Of a stretch of 64,000 nt of DNA, positions 50,716-60,473 are shown one piece after another. The translations under genes and the position numbers were made by a program. Positions within the stretch are counted from its first letter, which is position 1, and the number at the start of each line of letters is the position of its first letter. The notes under the pieces are model-generated. The model saw nothing but the letters and a program-made list of their open reading frames with translations, was not told the origin of the DNA and made no database searches. This stretch comes from a virus, in the IMG/VR virus record IMGVR_UViG_3300049847_000663, positions 1-64,000 of that record; one strand, 5' to 3'.

Positions 50716-51489
50716 ATGAAACACACTGGACCTAAGATTTTGCTCGTAGACATTGAGACTATGCCCATAATTGCACATGTTTGGAGCCTTTGGGATAATA
50801 ACGTCGCTTTGAATCAAATTCAACAAGACTGGAGCATTTTATCTTGGTCAGCGAAATGGCTTCATGACCCAAAATCAAAAATAATGTACGAAGATCAAAG
50901 AAACGCTAAAGACATCAACGACGATAAAAAACTACTGAAAAATATTCACAAGCTTATGGACGAAGCTGATGTGATTTTAGGACAAAATTCAAAACGTTTT
51001 GACACTAAAAAATTAAATGCTCGGTTTATTTTAAATGGATACCCGCCGCCTAGTAAGTATCAACAAATTGATACAATGGTTATGGCTAAAAAGCATTTTG
51101 CCTTTAGTAGCAATAAACTTGAATACCTTTCAAATAATCTCGGCGTAAAACATAAAAAACTTAAAACAAAAAAATTCCCAGGACATGCTCTTTGGTCTGA
51201 ATGTATGAAAGGTAATATCGAAGCTTTTAAAGAAATGGAAGCTTATAATAAAATGGACGTTTTAGCTTTAGAAGATGTTTATAAAAAACTTGCTCCTTGG
51301 GATAATATGGTTAATCTTAATGTTTACGGAGAAGAGTTAGTTTGTACTTGTGGGCATAAACAATTTCAAAAGCGCGGATTTCAATATACAAATGGCGGAA
51401 AATATCAAAACTATCGTTGTAGTCATTGCGGAAAATCCTACCGAGATGGTGTAAATTTATTAAAAAATACAAAAACTATATTGAGATAA
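50716..51489 (+). CDS. DEDD/RNase H-like exonuclease with C-terminal Zn ribbon
   Basis: VDIET; GQNSKRFD; YNKMDV; CTCG...CSHCG. Confidence 0.8.
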   Translation: MKHTGPKILLVDIETMPIIAHVWSLWDNNVALNQIQQDWSILSWSAKWLHDPKSKIMYEDQRNAKDINDDKKLLKNIHKLMDEADVILGQNSKRFDTKKLNARFILNGYPPPSKYQQIDTMVMAKKHFAFSSNKLEYLSNNLGVKHKKLKTKKFPGHALWSECMKGNIEAFKEMEAYNKMDVLALEDVYKKLAPWDNMVNLNVYGEELVCTCGHKQFQKRGFQYTNGGKYQNYRCSHCGKSYRDGVNLLKNTKTILR

Positions 51490-51983
51490 TTATGGGAATT
51501 AGGGACGAAGAATTAAAGCGAGTTGAAAAATACTGCCAAGCCTTAGGAATTAAAGTTACCTATAAGAAACAAGGTAAAACTGACCCTGAAGCTGAATGGG
51601 CTACTGATGGTAGTGAAATTACTGTATATTTACGTCCCAAACAATCAATCACTCAAATTATTTTAGATTTAATTCATGAGCTGGGACATCACCAAGCTTG
51701 GGTTTATAATGATCGAAAAACTGCCATTAGTCTCGATAACGCTTTAGGTCGAGAAAAACACAATAAAAAAGACAGACTTGCTATTTTAAAAGATGAAGAA
51801 AATGGTGCCGAATATCATTTGATGATTTATAAAGAACTGGGACTTAAAATCCCAGAATGGAAAGTGCGACTTGAACGGGACCTATCTTTAGAGATTTATC
51901 GTTATTATGCTAAAAACAACAATTGGCCGACGTTTAAGTGGAGAAAAGAAAAGAAGAAGGAACTCCAGGAGAAATTAAAATGA
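51426..51983 (+). CDS. HExxH metallopeptidase-like protein
   Basis: LIHELGH; start probably 51492. Confidence 0.6.
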   Translation: MRKILPRWCKFIKKYKNYIEIIMGIRDEELKRVEKYCQALGIKVTYKKQGKTDPEAEWATDGSEITVYLRPKQSITQIILDLIHELGHHQAWVYNDRKTAISLDNALGREKHNKKDRLAILKDEENGAEYHLMIYKELGLKIPEWKVRLERDLSLEIYRYYAKNNNWPTFKWRKEKKKELQEKLK

Positions 51984-52199
51984 AAACAAACGACATTACT
52001 TATACCGGAATTGACATTAATGAAATGGTAAAAAAACTTAATGAAGAAAGGTCAAAGATCCTAAATGAGTTCAGTAAAGCTTATTTAGCCGAAACAGGGA
52101 TTATGCCTTCAGAAGTTGAACTTGTAACAATTCAGGAAACTAAAGATAAAACCATTGAAACTATTTGCTTTTTTCGTAAAAAACAGAATCCCTAAAATT

Positions 52200-52273
52200 A
52201 GCCTAGGCAGGTTTGCACATTGGGCTCCTTCAAGGCCTTAATGACCTAAGTTCGATTCTTAGCTAGGCTTCCA
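52200..52273 (+). tRNA. Atypical tRNA, anticodon most likely UUC (Glu)
   Basis: Acceptor AGCCTAG/CTAGGCT plus T-CCA; T-arm CTAAG-TTCGATT-CTTAG; anticodon arm GGGCT-CCTTCAA-GGCCT; reduced D-arm. Confidence 0.65.
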
Positions 52274-52281
52274 TTTTTTTC

Positions 52282-52310
52282 TTGATTCTTAATAAAATAA
52301 TTGTTATTCT
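52282..52310 (+). promoter_or_regulatory. Sigma70-type promoter of the ncRNA
   Basis: TTGATT-17-TATTCT with extended TG; predicted +1 at G52317, the first base of the terminal stem. Confidence 0.7.
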
Positions 52311-52316
52311 AATTTT

Positions 52317-52525
52317 GTAACGTGCGGCGTGGAAAGCAGTGATACAGAGTTTAAGAAACTTACTACCCCGACCAGGGCAGCCTTGTTGCCTGACTCGAGC
52401 GGGTTCTTGTAATCAGAGGTACACCGGAGACACGCCCCTGCAAGCTGGGCCAGAGCTGTCCCCTTAAATGGGAAAAGCGTCAGTAGTTATCCTGGGAGCA
52501 AGAGTCGCGTCTTGCCACGTTACGC
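52317..52525 (+). ncRNA. tRNA-like structured ncRNA (about 209 nt)
   Basis: GC-rich and non-coding; terminal stem GTAACGTG/CACGTTAC; GCGTG/CACGC stem; GCAAGA-GTCGCG-TCTTGC arm; T tract follows. Confidence 0.7.
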
Positions 52526-52544
52526 TTTTTATTAAAGGAGATTC

Positions 52545-52982
52545 ATGAGCAAAGTTTATCGCCATTCTGATGGAACATATAACGATTACCCAGAACAGAC
52601 TATCGTAAACAGAATTCCAACAACAGTTAATATTTATAGTACATTTGAAGAAATCCCAGTTTCCAAAGGTTTAAAATTTGACGAAAACAAAGTACCTCTT
52701 GATTTAATTCCTTATGATGCTTTAGTTGAAATTGGTAAAGTTTTACAAGCCGGAGAAAAAAAGTACGGGACTGCTAACTGGTCAAATGGAATCGAAATGC
52801 GAAGGCTTCTTGCTGCGGCAATGCGACATTTAGGACAATTTAATAATGGCGAGGACATTGACGAGGAAACTCAAACACTTCACATAGCAAATTCTGCTAC
52901 TAATTTATTATTTGCAATTTGGATGTATAAGAATCGCCCGGACCTAGATAATCGTTGGGCTAAGAAAAAGGATTCAAAATGA
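52545..52982 (+). CDS. dATP/dGTP diphosphohydrolase-like protein (DUF5664)
   Basis: GLKFDENK...LIP...GEKKYG..NW..G...AAMRH...DEET..LH. Confidence 0.75.
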   Translation: MSKVYRHSDGTYNDYPEQTIVNRIPTTVNIYSTFEEIPVSKGLKFDENKVPLDLIPYDALVEIGKVLQAGEKKYGTANWSNGIEMRRLLAAAMRHLGQFNNGEDIDEETQTLHIANSATNLLFAIWMYKNRPDLDNRWAKKKDSK

Positions 52983-53612
52983 AAAACTATTTATTAGGAT
53001 TTTTTACTTTTTTTTGTTTAAATGTAACAACCCATTATTTATGGGTTAAACACTTAGATTTAAATAACGACTGTTTAGCTAGTTTTTATTACAACTTAAA
53101 CGCTAAACTAGACGGAACTGGTGTAGTTCATGTTATTACTGGAAGATGCAAAACCAAAAAACAGATTGAATATTTTGATTGTAGTAAAGTTCAAATATTT
53201 TTAAGTAATTTAATTTATGGAGTCGAAAATGAGCAAAAAGAGATCAATTAAAGATGTGAGTAAAGAAGTGGCTATGCTTCACAGAAATCTAGTTCCTAAC
53301 AAGAAGCTCGGGAAGATCAAACTCTTTATCCTAAATTTACTTGGAATCAAGCTTAAGCCTGTATTGTTTGTTGTGGGCGACCTTCTTAAGCGTACTTCAA
53401 GCGAAGACCCTACAGAACTTTATGAAGTTAAAGATAATTTGCTAGATAAGAATTTTGATCGAGTTCTTTACGTTTACGACATGAAACAAAAGCAGTTTGT
53501 GGTTATTTACGAACGAAACTTTGAAAGCTTTAAGGTTTGTAATGGCGTAATCCCAGGAACCTTAATAAATCCCGCCGATAAATTCGACTAGTCTCAAAAT
53601 GGTACTTAGCTA

Positions 53613-53641
53613 TTGACATTTAACCTTTTTATTGATAATCT
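53613..53641 (+). promoter_or_regulatory. Sigma70-type promoter
   Basis: TTGACA-17-TAATCT, then AAGGAGG and ATG at 53661. Confidence 0.65.
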
Positions 53642-53800
53642 TTCTGTATAAGGAGGAAAAATGTACAAGCTAATTATGCAAAGCGATTACGCGACATTTG
53701 AGCAATTATTCATATCTGAAATTGAATTAATGAAAAAATTTAACGATCTTAAGGGTTTATTTAAAACTTATAAGATTGAAATCATAAAGGAGAGCCTATA

Positions 53801-54181
53801 ATGCTTTTTATTACACTTTTAATCAGTAACCTACTATTTGCCCAAGAACCAACAATTGACGCTTTAAAAGCCGAAAACGAGCGTTTAAAGAAGGAAAATT
53901 ATGAGCTTTCGGTTCAAGTTGGACTTCTTGAGTCAAATCTTATGCAAACTCAAATGAAACTTGAAGAAGGTCCGCCAGTTTTGCTTCAAAAAATTGAAGT
54001 GCCTGTAAAAGTTCATGTTTATCGTGTTAATCGTTTATCAGTTCTGACTGGAAGCCAATCTAATCGAAATGGTCTTTTAGGCGGAGTTCAATACCAAAGA
54101 ATGCTTAATAGCCGAGTTAGCTTTGGTGGACAAGTTCAAACTAACGACACCGTTTTATTGAATTTAGGCCTGGAGTTTTAA
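53801..54181 (+). CDS. Secreted coiled-coil protein with beta-strand C-terminus ending in Phe
   Basis: Signal peptide LLFA-QE; C-terminal ...LLNLGLEF resembles an outer-membrane beta-signal. Confidence 0.5.
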   Translation: MLFITLLISNLLFAQEPTIDALKAENERLKKENYELSVQVGLLESNLMQTQMKLEEGPPVLLQKIEVPVKVHVYRVNRLSVLTGSQSNRNGLLGGVQYQRMLNSRVSFGGQVQTNDTVLLNLGLEF

Positions 54182-55099
54182 ATTGTACCTAAGTGATGAT
54201 AAAAATTTAAATTATGTATTAAAAAATACAGATTTAACTTTAAATGAATTAGAGTTAATTGTTGGAAGATTTAAAAAAGATCATCACTCTTGGGCAAACA
54301 AATTTAAAGGTTTATATTTAGAAGACTGGGATGGTAATAAGAAAATTGTTCATCATTTTACGCGAAAAGTTTTATGGAGGAATAAATGACGGTTTATTAC
54401 ACTAAATTGAAAGTAGCGGGAACTAATTTTCATTATTATGGTTGTTATTATAAAAGAAATTCAAGCAATTTTATTGACGTTTTTAGTTGCATTGATAATC
54501 CACAAAAACCCCATAAACACGAGGAGTATCTAAAAGAAAAATTATCAGAAATGATAACTTTCTTAAGTCCTTATAAATTAACAGTCGAGCCTACTGAAAC
54601 GTATCGTGAAATAGTTTCAAGAGAGATTTATAAATGAAAAAAATATTCCAGCCGAGTGATTTTATGTTTACAGGACTAGAACCAAAAGAAGCCGCTGATA
54701 TCGCTAACGCCAAAATGGAAAAGCTCATGAGCGAGTGGCCAACTTGGTATGCCGATAAGAGTATGCGAGAGGTGTCACCAACAATTCAAGATGAAAAAAA
54801 TCATGTAGCGATAAGCTCTAACTTTAGAAATTCCTATTACCAATTTAAAATGGCATTCATCGAGCCGATCAAGCGGGAGCCTTGTAAGCATGAGCCAGTT
54901 CTTTTTTCAGTTAATGCGGTTTATAGGCCTAATGGCCCGGTTCCTGAAGATGAAAACTATAAATGCAAACACTGCGGCGTCTCCTTAGAGGTAACATGGA
55001 CGGAAAAAACGTGATTTACCCAGAATTCAAACAGAAACCTGCATATATGTTTTTGCTCGCTCGCATTTTCGGCAAGCGTATTGGTAAAGGTGCTTATGA

Positions 55100-55642
55100 G
55101 TGGCGAAATCAAATTTGGATTGTACAGGATGTTCTATGAAAATCATCCCAAACCCAATTTTATACAAAGTATTAAATCGAGGAAGACTTGAAGGATTTAT
55201 TGTAGCTTCCTTTTTTTGTATACTATTCTTTTTACTTTCAGGATGCTCAAGTTATAAAAAAGTATATTCAGTGGATGAAAAACTTCAACCTTATGTAACC
55301 CAATTTGAGAAAATAAGCAATAAAAAAATAGATAATTTAATTGTAAAATTTAGCTATTTATCTAATAAAATCGTAGCTCAATGCACTCAAGGATTTAACC
55401 CTTTAATTGAAGTAAATTCACGTTTTATAAACAAAATAGGAAATTCGGCTGAAATGGAATCTATTATGTTTCATGAGCTTGGTCATTGCATTTTATTAAG
55501 AACTCACACAAAAGATACCAATTCTATAATGTACCCATACATGATTCCTGTGGATTTCTATTTAGTTAATTATAAACTTTACATTTCAGAGCTTTTTGGT
55601 GTAGAATATGATAAAGAATTTGACTGGAGTGTTTATGACTAA
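55100..55642 (+). CDS. Matrixin-like (metzincin) metalloprotease, probable lipoprotein
   Basis: Lipobox LLSGC; HELGHCILLRTH; Met-turn SIMYP. Confidence 0.75.
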   Translation: MAKSNLDCTGCSMKIIPNPILYKVLNRGRLEGFIVASFFCILFFLLSGCSSYKKVYSVDEKLQPYVTQFEKISNKKIDNLIVKFSYLSNKIVAQCTQGFNPLIEVNSRFINKIGNSAEMESIMFHELGHCILLRTHTKDTNSIMYPYMIPVDFYLVNYKLYISELFGVEYDKEFDWSVYD

Positions 55643-55943
55643 ACTAATGTGTTTTCTTTTTCTTTTACCGTTACAAGCCAATGCCTTTTTCTATAAACAA
55701 GAAGATAAAAATCTTCATTTGGCGACAAGCATGGCGCTAACTTATACTATTTCAAGTGGACTTATGCTAACAAATCCTAAAATGAGCTCAAGAAAAGCCG
55801 CTCTTATTGCTGCAACTTCGGTACTTTTAATTGGATTAGCTAAAGAGTCTTTTTATGATGATAAATTTGATTGGAAAGATATGGAAGCTAATACTGTAGG
55901 AGTCGCTTTAGGTGCAGTTCCATTTTTAATCTGGGAGTTTTAG
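55608..55943 (+). CDS. YfiM-like membrane protein
   Basis: DKNLH...KE..D...DMEAN.VG pattern. Confidence 0.55.
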   Translation: MIKNLTGVFMTKLMCFLFLLPLQANAFFYKQEDKNLHLATSMALTYTISSGLMLTNPKMSSRKAALIAATSVLLIGLAKESFYDDKFDWKDMEANTVGVALGAVPFLIWEF

Positions 55944-56133
55944 TGGTAAACATTTTAGAAGGTATTGTAAACGGCGTTTTTAAACTAGTAAAAGTAATTG
56001 CTTCTGTAGTTTTATTATGGTATATTTGTTATGGTTTAAGTCACGTTTTAGATTTAAACACTAGAGAAATATTTATTCGAATTACATCAATTTCAACTGT
56101 TTTGTTTATTTTATATAGTTTAGGAAGAAAATA

Positions 56134-56490
56134 GTGAAAGTTATAAAATCAAATAATATAACAGTTTTTGATATAGATGACACACTTTTAATGCATATTG
56201 ATCGTAGAGTTCGTACTAAAGATAAAATAGAAATTGAGTACGGAGATGAAAAAATCTATTTGACTCCCCATAAATTTCACGTTACATTTTTAAAACATTG
56301 TCATAAACGTGGCGATTTTGTTGTTATTTGGTCTAAGAATGGTCATCAATACGCCGAACAAGTAGTTAAAAAGCTTAACTTAAGTAAATATGTTCATTTA
56401 ATTATGAGTAAACCAAGTCGTCACGTTGATGATAAAAAAGATTTAAGTTCTATCGTTGGTGATTGTATCTATTTACCTTTTGAGGAGTAA
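56134..56490 (+). CDS. HAD-superfamily phosphatase-like protein
   Basis: FDIDDTL; VIWS; KP...VDD. Confidence 0.7.
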   Translation: MKVIKSNNITVFDIDDTLLMHIDRRVRTKDKIEIEYGDEKIYLTPHKFHVTFLKHCHKRGDFVVIWSKNGHQYAEQVVKKLNLSKYVHLIMSKPSRHVDDKKDLSSIVGDCIYLPFEE

Positions 56491-56495
56491 CAGCA

Positions 56496-59303
56496 ATGAA
56501 TGCATCAAATATGCTACTTAGCGCAATTGTAGCTTTTAGAACTTACGCGAAATTTGTTCCACATTTAGGCCGAAGAGAATCATTAGCGGAATCTATTAAT
56601 AGAAACATGAACATGCATCTAGATAGATTTCCTAAACTATCTAGTGATATTACTAAAGCATACAATTATGTTCATAATCTTAAAGTAATGCCTTCAATGC
56701 GAGCTTTACAGTTTTCGGGCGAAGCAATTTTAAAGAATCACGCAAGACAATATAACTGTTCATTTACGAATATTGATAATGTGAGAGTTTTTGGTGAAAT
56801 TCTATATTTACTTCTTTCTGGTGTTGGAGTTGGTTTTTCAGTTCAAAAACATCACACTAGAAATTTACCAAAATTAAAACAACCAAAAGAAAATGGATTT
56901 TTTTCAGTTCAAGATTCTATAATGGGTTGGGCTCAGTCTATCGATTTATTAATGGAAGCTTATTTTTATGGAAGAGTAAAGCCGCGTTTTGATTTTGGTG
57001 ATATTAGACCAAAAGGTAGTTATTTAGTTACAACGGGCGCAAAAGCTCCAGGACCTGAACCTCTAAAAAAAATGTTAGAAATGGTTGAAGAAAAATTAAA
57101 AAATGCTATCGGTAGGCAATTAAGACCTATAGAATTACACGACATTATTTGTATAATTTCCGATGCTGTATTGGCTGGAGGTATAAGAAGAGCTGCGTTA
57201 ATTTCTCTATTTGATCGAGACGATACCGAAATGCTTAAAAGTAAATCAGGTGAGTGGTGGAATAATTTTCCATGGAGAGCGAGAGCTAATAACAGCGCGG
57301 TTCTTCCAAGAAACGAAGTCTCCAAAGATGAATTTTTTGAAATATTTAAAATTTGTAAAGAATCAGGAAGCGGAGAGCCGGGTTTTAGTTGGAGTAATAA
57401 CACTGATTGGGGATTCAATCCGTGCGTTACTGGCGAAACAGAAATCTTAACTTCGGAAGGTTATCAAAGAATTGACGAATTAGTAGATCAACCTACTAAA
57501 ATATGGAACGGTTTTGAGTGGAGTGAAGTGACGCCAAAAATTACAGGTTATAATCAAGAAATCCTCACAATTAACTTTTCTGATGGAAGAACTCTAAACT
57601 GCACTCCTTATCATAAATTTCATATTTCTATTGATTATCGCGGAGGAACTAAAATAGTAGAAGCTAAAGATTTAGAGCCCGGAATGAAGTTAATTAAACA
57701 CGAGTTTCCGATAATGGATACCATGTTAGAATTAGAAGACGCTTATACCAACGGATTTGTTTCAGCTGAAGGTATGGAATTAAATAAAACTTTATATGTT
57801 TATAAACCGAAAGAAATGTGCTTAGAAAGAATACAAAATAAAAAATTAGTAAAATGGGAAGAAAACAATAATAGATATAGAGTTATTTTAAATAAAACTC
57901 CATTATCTAAAAATTTTGTACCACTTGATTATAGCGTAAATTCTAAACTGGAATGGTTATCTGGTTTGTTTGATGGTGACGGAACTGAATTAAAAGAAGG
58001 CGGATTACAATTAGTTTCGATTAATCGAGATTTTCTAACAAATTTACAAAAATTATTATCAACTTTAGGTATCCAGTGTAAAGTATTATTTGCAAATAAA
58101 GCGGGAATGAGATTAATGCCCGATGGTAAAGGTGGTAGCGCTTTTTTTCAATGTCAAAATGCGTATAGAATTTGTATTGGTGCTAAACAAATGCAAAATT
58201 TAAAATCTCTAGGATTAAAGTGCGAAAGAATGAGTTTTGAAAAAACGCCACAAAGAGACGCATCTCAGTTCGTTTCTGTTGTTGATATCACAGAAAATGG
58301 ATTTGCTGAAAAAGTATATTGTTTTAATGAGCCTAAACGCCATATGGGTATTTTTAATGGAGTATTGACTGGTCAATGTCATGAAATTGCACTGAATTCA
58401 AATCAATTTTGTAATTTAACAACAATTAATCAAACTGACATAAAAAGCGAAAAAGATTTTTTAAATCGAGTTTATCAAGCAGCTTTACTTGGTACTTTAC
58501 AAGCCAGCTATACTAATTTTGATTATCTCCGTCCATCTTGGCAGATTACAACAGAAAGAGAATCTCTCTTGGGTGTTAGTTTTACAGGAATAGCGGATAG
58601 TAAATCTATGATTAATGCTGAAATGCTTAAGAAAGCCAGTCAATTAGTTTTAGATGTAAATGAAAAATATTCTAAAAAAATTGGTATTAATTTAGCGGCT
58701 AGAACAACCACGATTAAACCCGAAGGTACGTCTAGTTGCGTTCTAGGTAGTTCAAGTGGAATTCACGCTAGACACGCGCAACACTATATTAGAAGAATTA
58801 GAATGAATAAAGATGACAGTCTCGCTGTCTATTTAAAAAACACAATCCCAAGTCTAGTTGAAGATGATATTTTTAGCTCAACTGGTGTTGTAGTGAGTAT
58901 CCCACAAGAAAGTCCAAATGGTGCTATTTTAAGAGAAAACGAAACCGCTCTTTCTTTGTTTAATAGAACTCTTTATTACAGTAGAAATTGGGTGAATCCG
59001 GGACATAGATATGGCGATAACAAACACAACGTTTCTGTTACCATTTCCGTAAAAGATAATGAGTGGGAAGATTTACGTAATCAAATGTGGGAAAATAGAG
59101 ATCTTTATTCAGGAATCAGTTTGTTGCCTTATGACGGCGGAAATTATCAACAGGCACCTTTTGAAGAGTGTTCTAAAGAAAAATATGAAGAAATGAGTAA
59201 GCAGGTAAAAGATATAGATTTAAAACAAGTTAAAGAAGAAACAGACAATACAGCCAGAGTAAAAACTGTTGCTTGTAGCGGTGGAGCTTGTGAGATTGTA
59301 TGA
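56496..59303 (+). CDS. nrdJ: Class II (B12-dependent) ribonucleotide reductase with intein
   Basis: YNCSF; GGIRRAA; NP|CHEI; QFCNL; TIKPEGT; C-terminal CSGGAC. Confidence 0.9.
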   Translation: MNASNMLLSAIVAFRTYAKFVPHLGRRESLAESINRNMNMHLDRFPKLSSDITKAYNYVHNLKVMPSMRALQFSGEAILKNHARQYNCSFTNIDNVRVFGEILYLLLSGVGVGFSVQKHHTRNLPKLKQPKENGFFSVQDSIMGWAQSIDLLMEAYFYGRVKPRFDFGDIRPKGSYLVTTGAKAPGPEPLKKMLEMVEEKLKNAIGRQLRPIELHDIICIISDAVLAGGIRRAALISLFDRDDTEMLKSKSGEWWNNFPWRARANNSAVLPRNEVSKDEFFEIFKICKESGSGEPGFSWSNNTDWGFNPCVTGETEILTSEGYQRIDELVDQPTKIWNGFEWSEVTPKITGYNQEILTINFSDGRTLNCTPYHKFHISIDYRGGTKIVEAKDLEPGMKLIKHEFPIMDTMLELEDAYTNGFVSAEGMELNKTLYVYKPKEMCLERIQNKKLVKWEENNNRYRVILNKTPLSKNFVPLDYSVNSKLEWLSGLFDGDGTELKEGGLQLVSINRDFLTNLQKLLSTLGIQCKVLFANKAGMRLMPDGKGGSAFFQCQNAYRICIGAKQMQNLKSLGLKCERMSFEKTPQRDASQFVSVVDITENGFAEKVYCFNEPKRHMGIFNGVLTGQCHEIALNSNQFCNLTTINQTDIKSEKDFLNRVYQAALLGTLQASYTNFDYLRPSWQITTERESLLGVSFTGIADSKSMINAEMLKKASQLVLDVNEKYSKKIGINLAARTTTIKPEGTSSCVLGSSSGIHARHAQHYIRRIRMNKDDSLAVYLKNTIPSLVEDDIFSSTGVVVSIPQESPNGAILRENETALSLFNRTLYYSRNWVNPGHRYGDNKHNVSVTISVKDNEWEDLRNQMWENRDLYSGISLLPYDGGNYQQAPFEECSKEKYEEMSKQVKDIDLKQVKEETDNTARVKTVACSGGACEIV
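57423..58376 (+). mobile_element. 318-aa intein with LAGLIDADG domain, ending Gly-Gln
   Basis: NP|CVTGETEILT...LNCTPYHKF (block B)...LSGLFDGDG...VYCFNEP...NGVLTGQ|CHEI. Confidence 0.9.
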
Positions 59304-59593
59304 AATTGATTAAATTAATTTTAATTGGAGCAGTTTCCAGTTTAGCGTCACTTGGTGCAGGTATTGTTTTTGGTTTTCCTGCATGGTTTTCTTGGGCGGT
59401 AATTATGTCACAGGTAACAGTTAGTTTAGAAAAATCACTAATAATTGCTCTAATTACCAATGTAATATGGTATAATATTTGGGTATTAATTTGGCCACAA
59501 CCTTCATTTTTTGTATTATATTTTTTTCTTTGTTCTCCGGCTGTTTTATTAAGTTCAGTTCTAACGCACACTTTTAAGGAAAAATTAAAATGA
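59300..59593 (+). CDS. Multi-pass membrane protein
   Basis: Hydrophobic 97-aa ORF with overlaps on both sides. Confidence 0.55.
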   Translation: MKLIKLILIGAVSSLASLGAGIVFGFPAWFSWAVIMSQVTVSLEKSLIIALITNVIWYNIWVLIWPQPSFFVLYFFLCSPAVLLSSVLTHTFKEKLK

Positions 59594-60210
59594 ATGTAAA
59601 ACTCATATCGATTACTCCAGAAGCTGAAAAAAATATAATGTATATGGCAAGAGTTTCAAACCCTAAAAATCAAGATAGCGAAAATACTAAACTATTAGAT
59701 TATTGTATTAAACATGGCCATTGGTCTGTTTTTGAAATGGCTCATATGACGGTCGAGATTGTTACAAGTCGAGCTATCGCAGCACAGATCCTAAGACACC
59801 GATCATTTTCTTTTCAAGAATTTTCCCAACGCTACAGCGAAGCTCAGAACTTTGAAATATACGATGCCCGAAGACAAGATACAAAAAATCGTCAAAATAG
59901 TATTGACGATTTGTCAGTAGAAGAACAAGCCTGGTTTCACGATGCTCAAAGCCAAATTATACTATTAGCAAATGATCTTTATGCAAAAGCCTTAGAGAAA
60001 CAAATAGCAAAAGAATCGGCTAGATTTTTATTACCACTATCAACTCAAACTAAGCTATATATGACAGGATCAGTTCGTTCATGGCTTCACTATCTTGATG
60101 TTCGTTGCGGTTCGGGAACTCAGCTCGAACATGTCGAAATAGCTAATGAAATTAAAAAAATATTTATTGAACAATTACCCATTATAGCAAAAGCTAAAGA
60201 ATATCAATAA
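59590..60210 (+). CDS. thyX: Flavin-dependent thymidylate synthase
   Basis: HWSVFE; [17 protein letters not shown]; KESARFLLP. Confidence 0.95.
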   Translation: MNVKLISITPEAEKNIMYMARVSNPKNQDSENTKLLDYCIKHGHWSVFEMAHMTVEIVTSRAIAAQILRHRSFSFQEFSQRYSEAQNFEIYDARRQDTKNRQNSIDDLSVEEQAWFHDAQSQIILLANDLYAKALEKQIAKESARFLLPLSTQTKLYMTGSVRSWLHYLDVRCGSGTQLEHVEIANEIKKIFIEQLPIIAKAKEYQ

Positions 60211-60473
60211 CTTATAAAATAATTGAATAAATATTTGACATTACTTTAAATATAAGTTAAGGTAAAAGTTATGAAATTAATTTGTTTAATTGAAATTGTT
60301 TTTAGCCTAGGAAATGTTAATTTCGTTCAAAAAGAACAAGTTGAAGGTGTTTTATTAAAGAACGATTTGACTAGTGAATATTATCTTGTTGATTTCTCAA
60401 AAGAAGCTAAAGATAAACAATATATAGGCGATTATTCTAAAAAATTAGTAAAAAAAGAAAATTGTGTTGAATT

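Noticed and set aside
52200-52273. Opal suppressor or Sec tRNA (UCA anticodon)
   Set aside because: Centring the loop on TCA breaks the anticodon stem, and there is no long variable arm.
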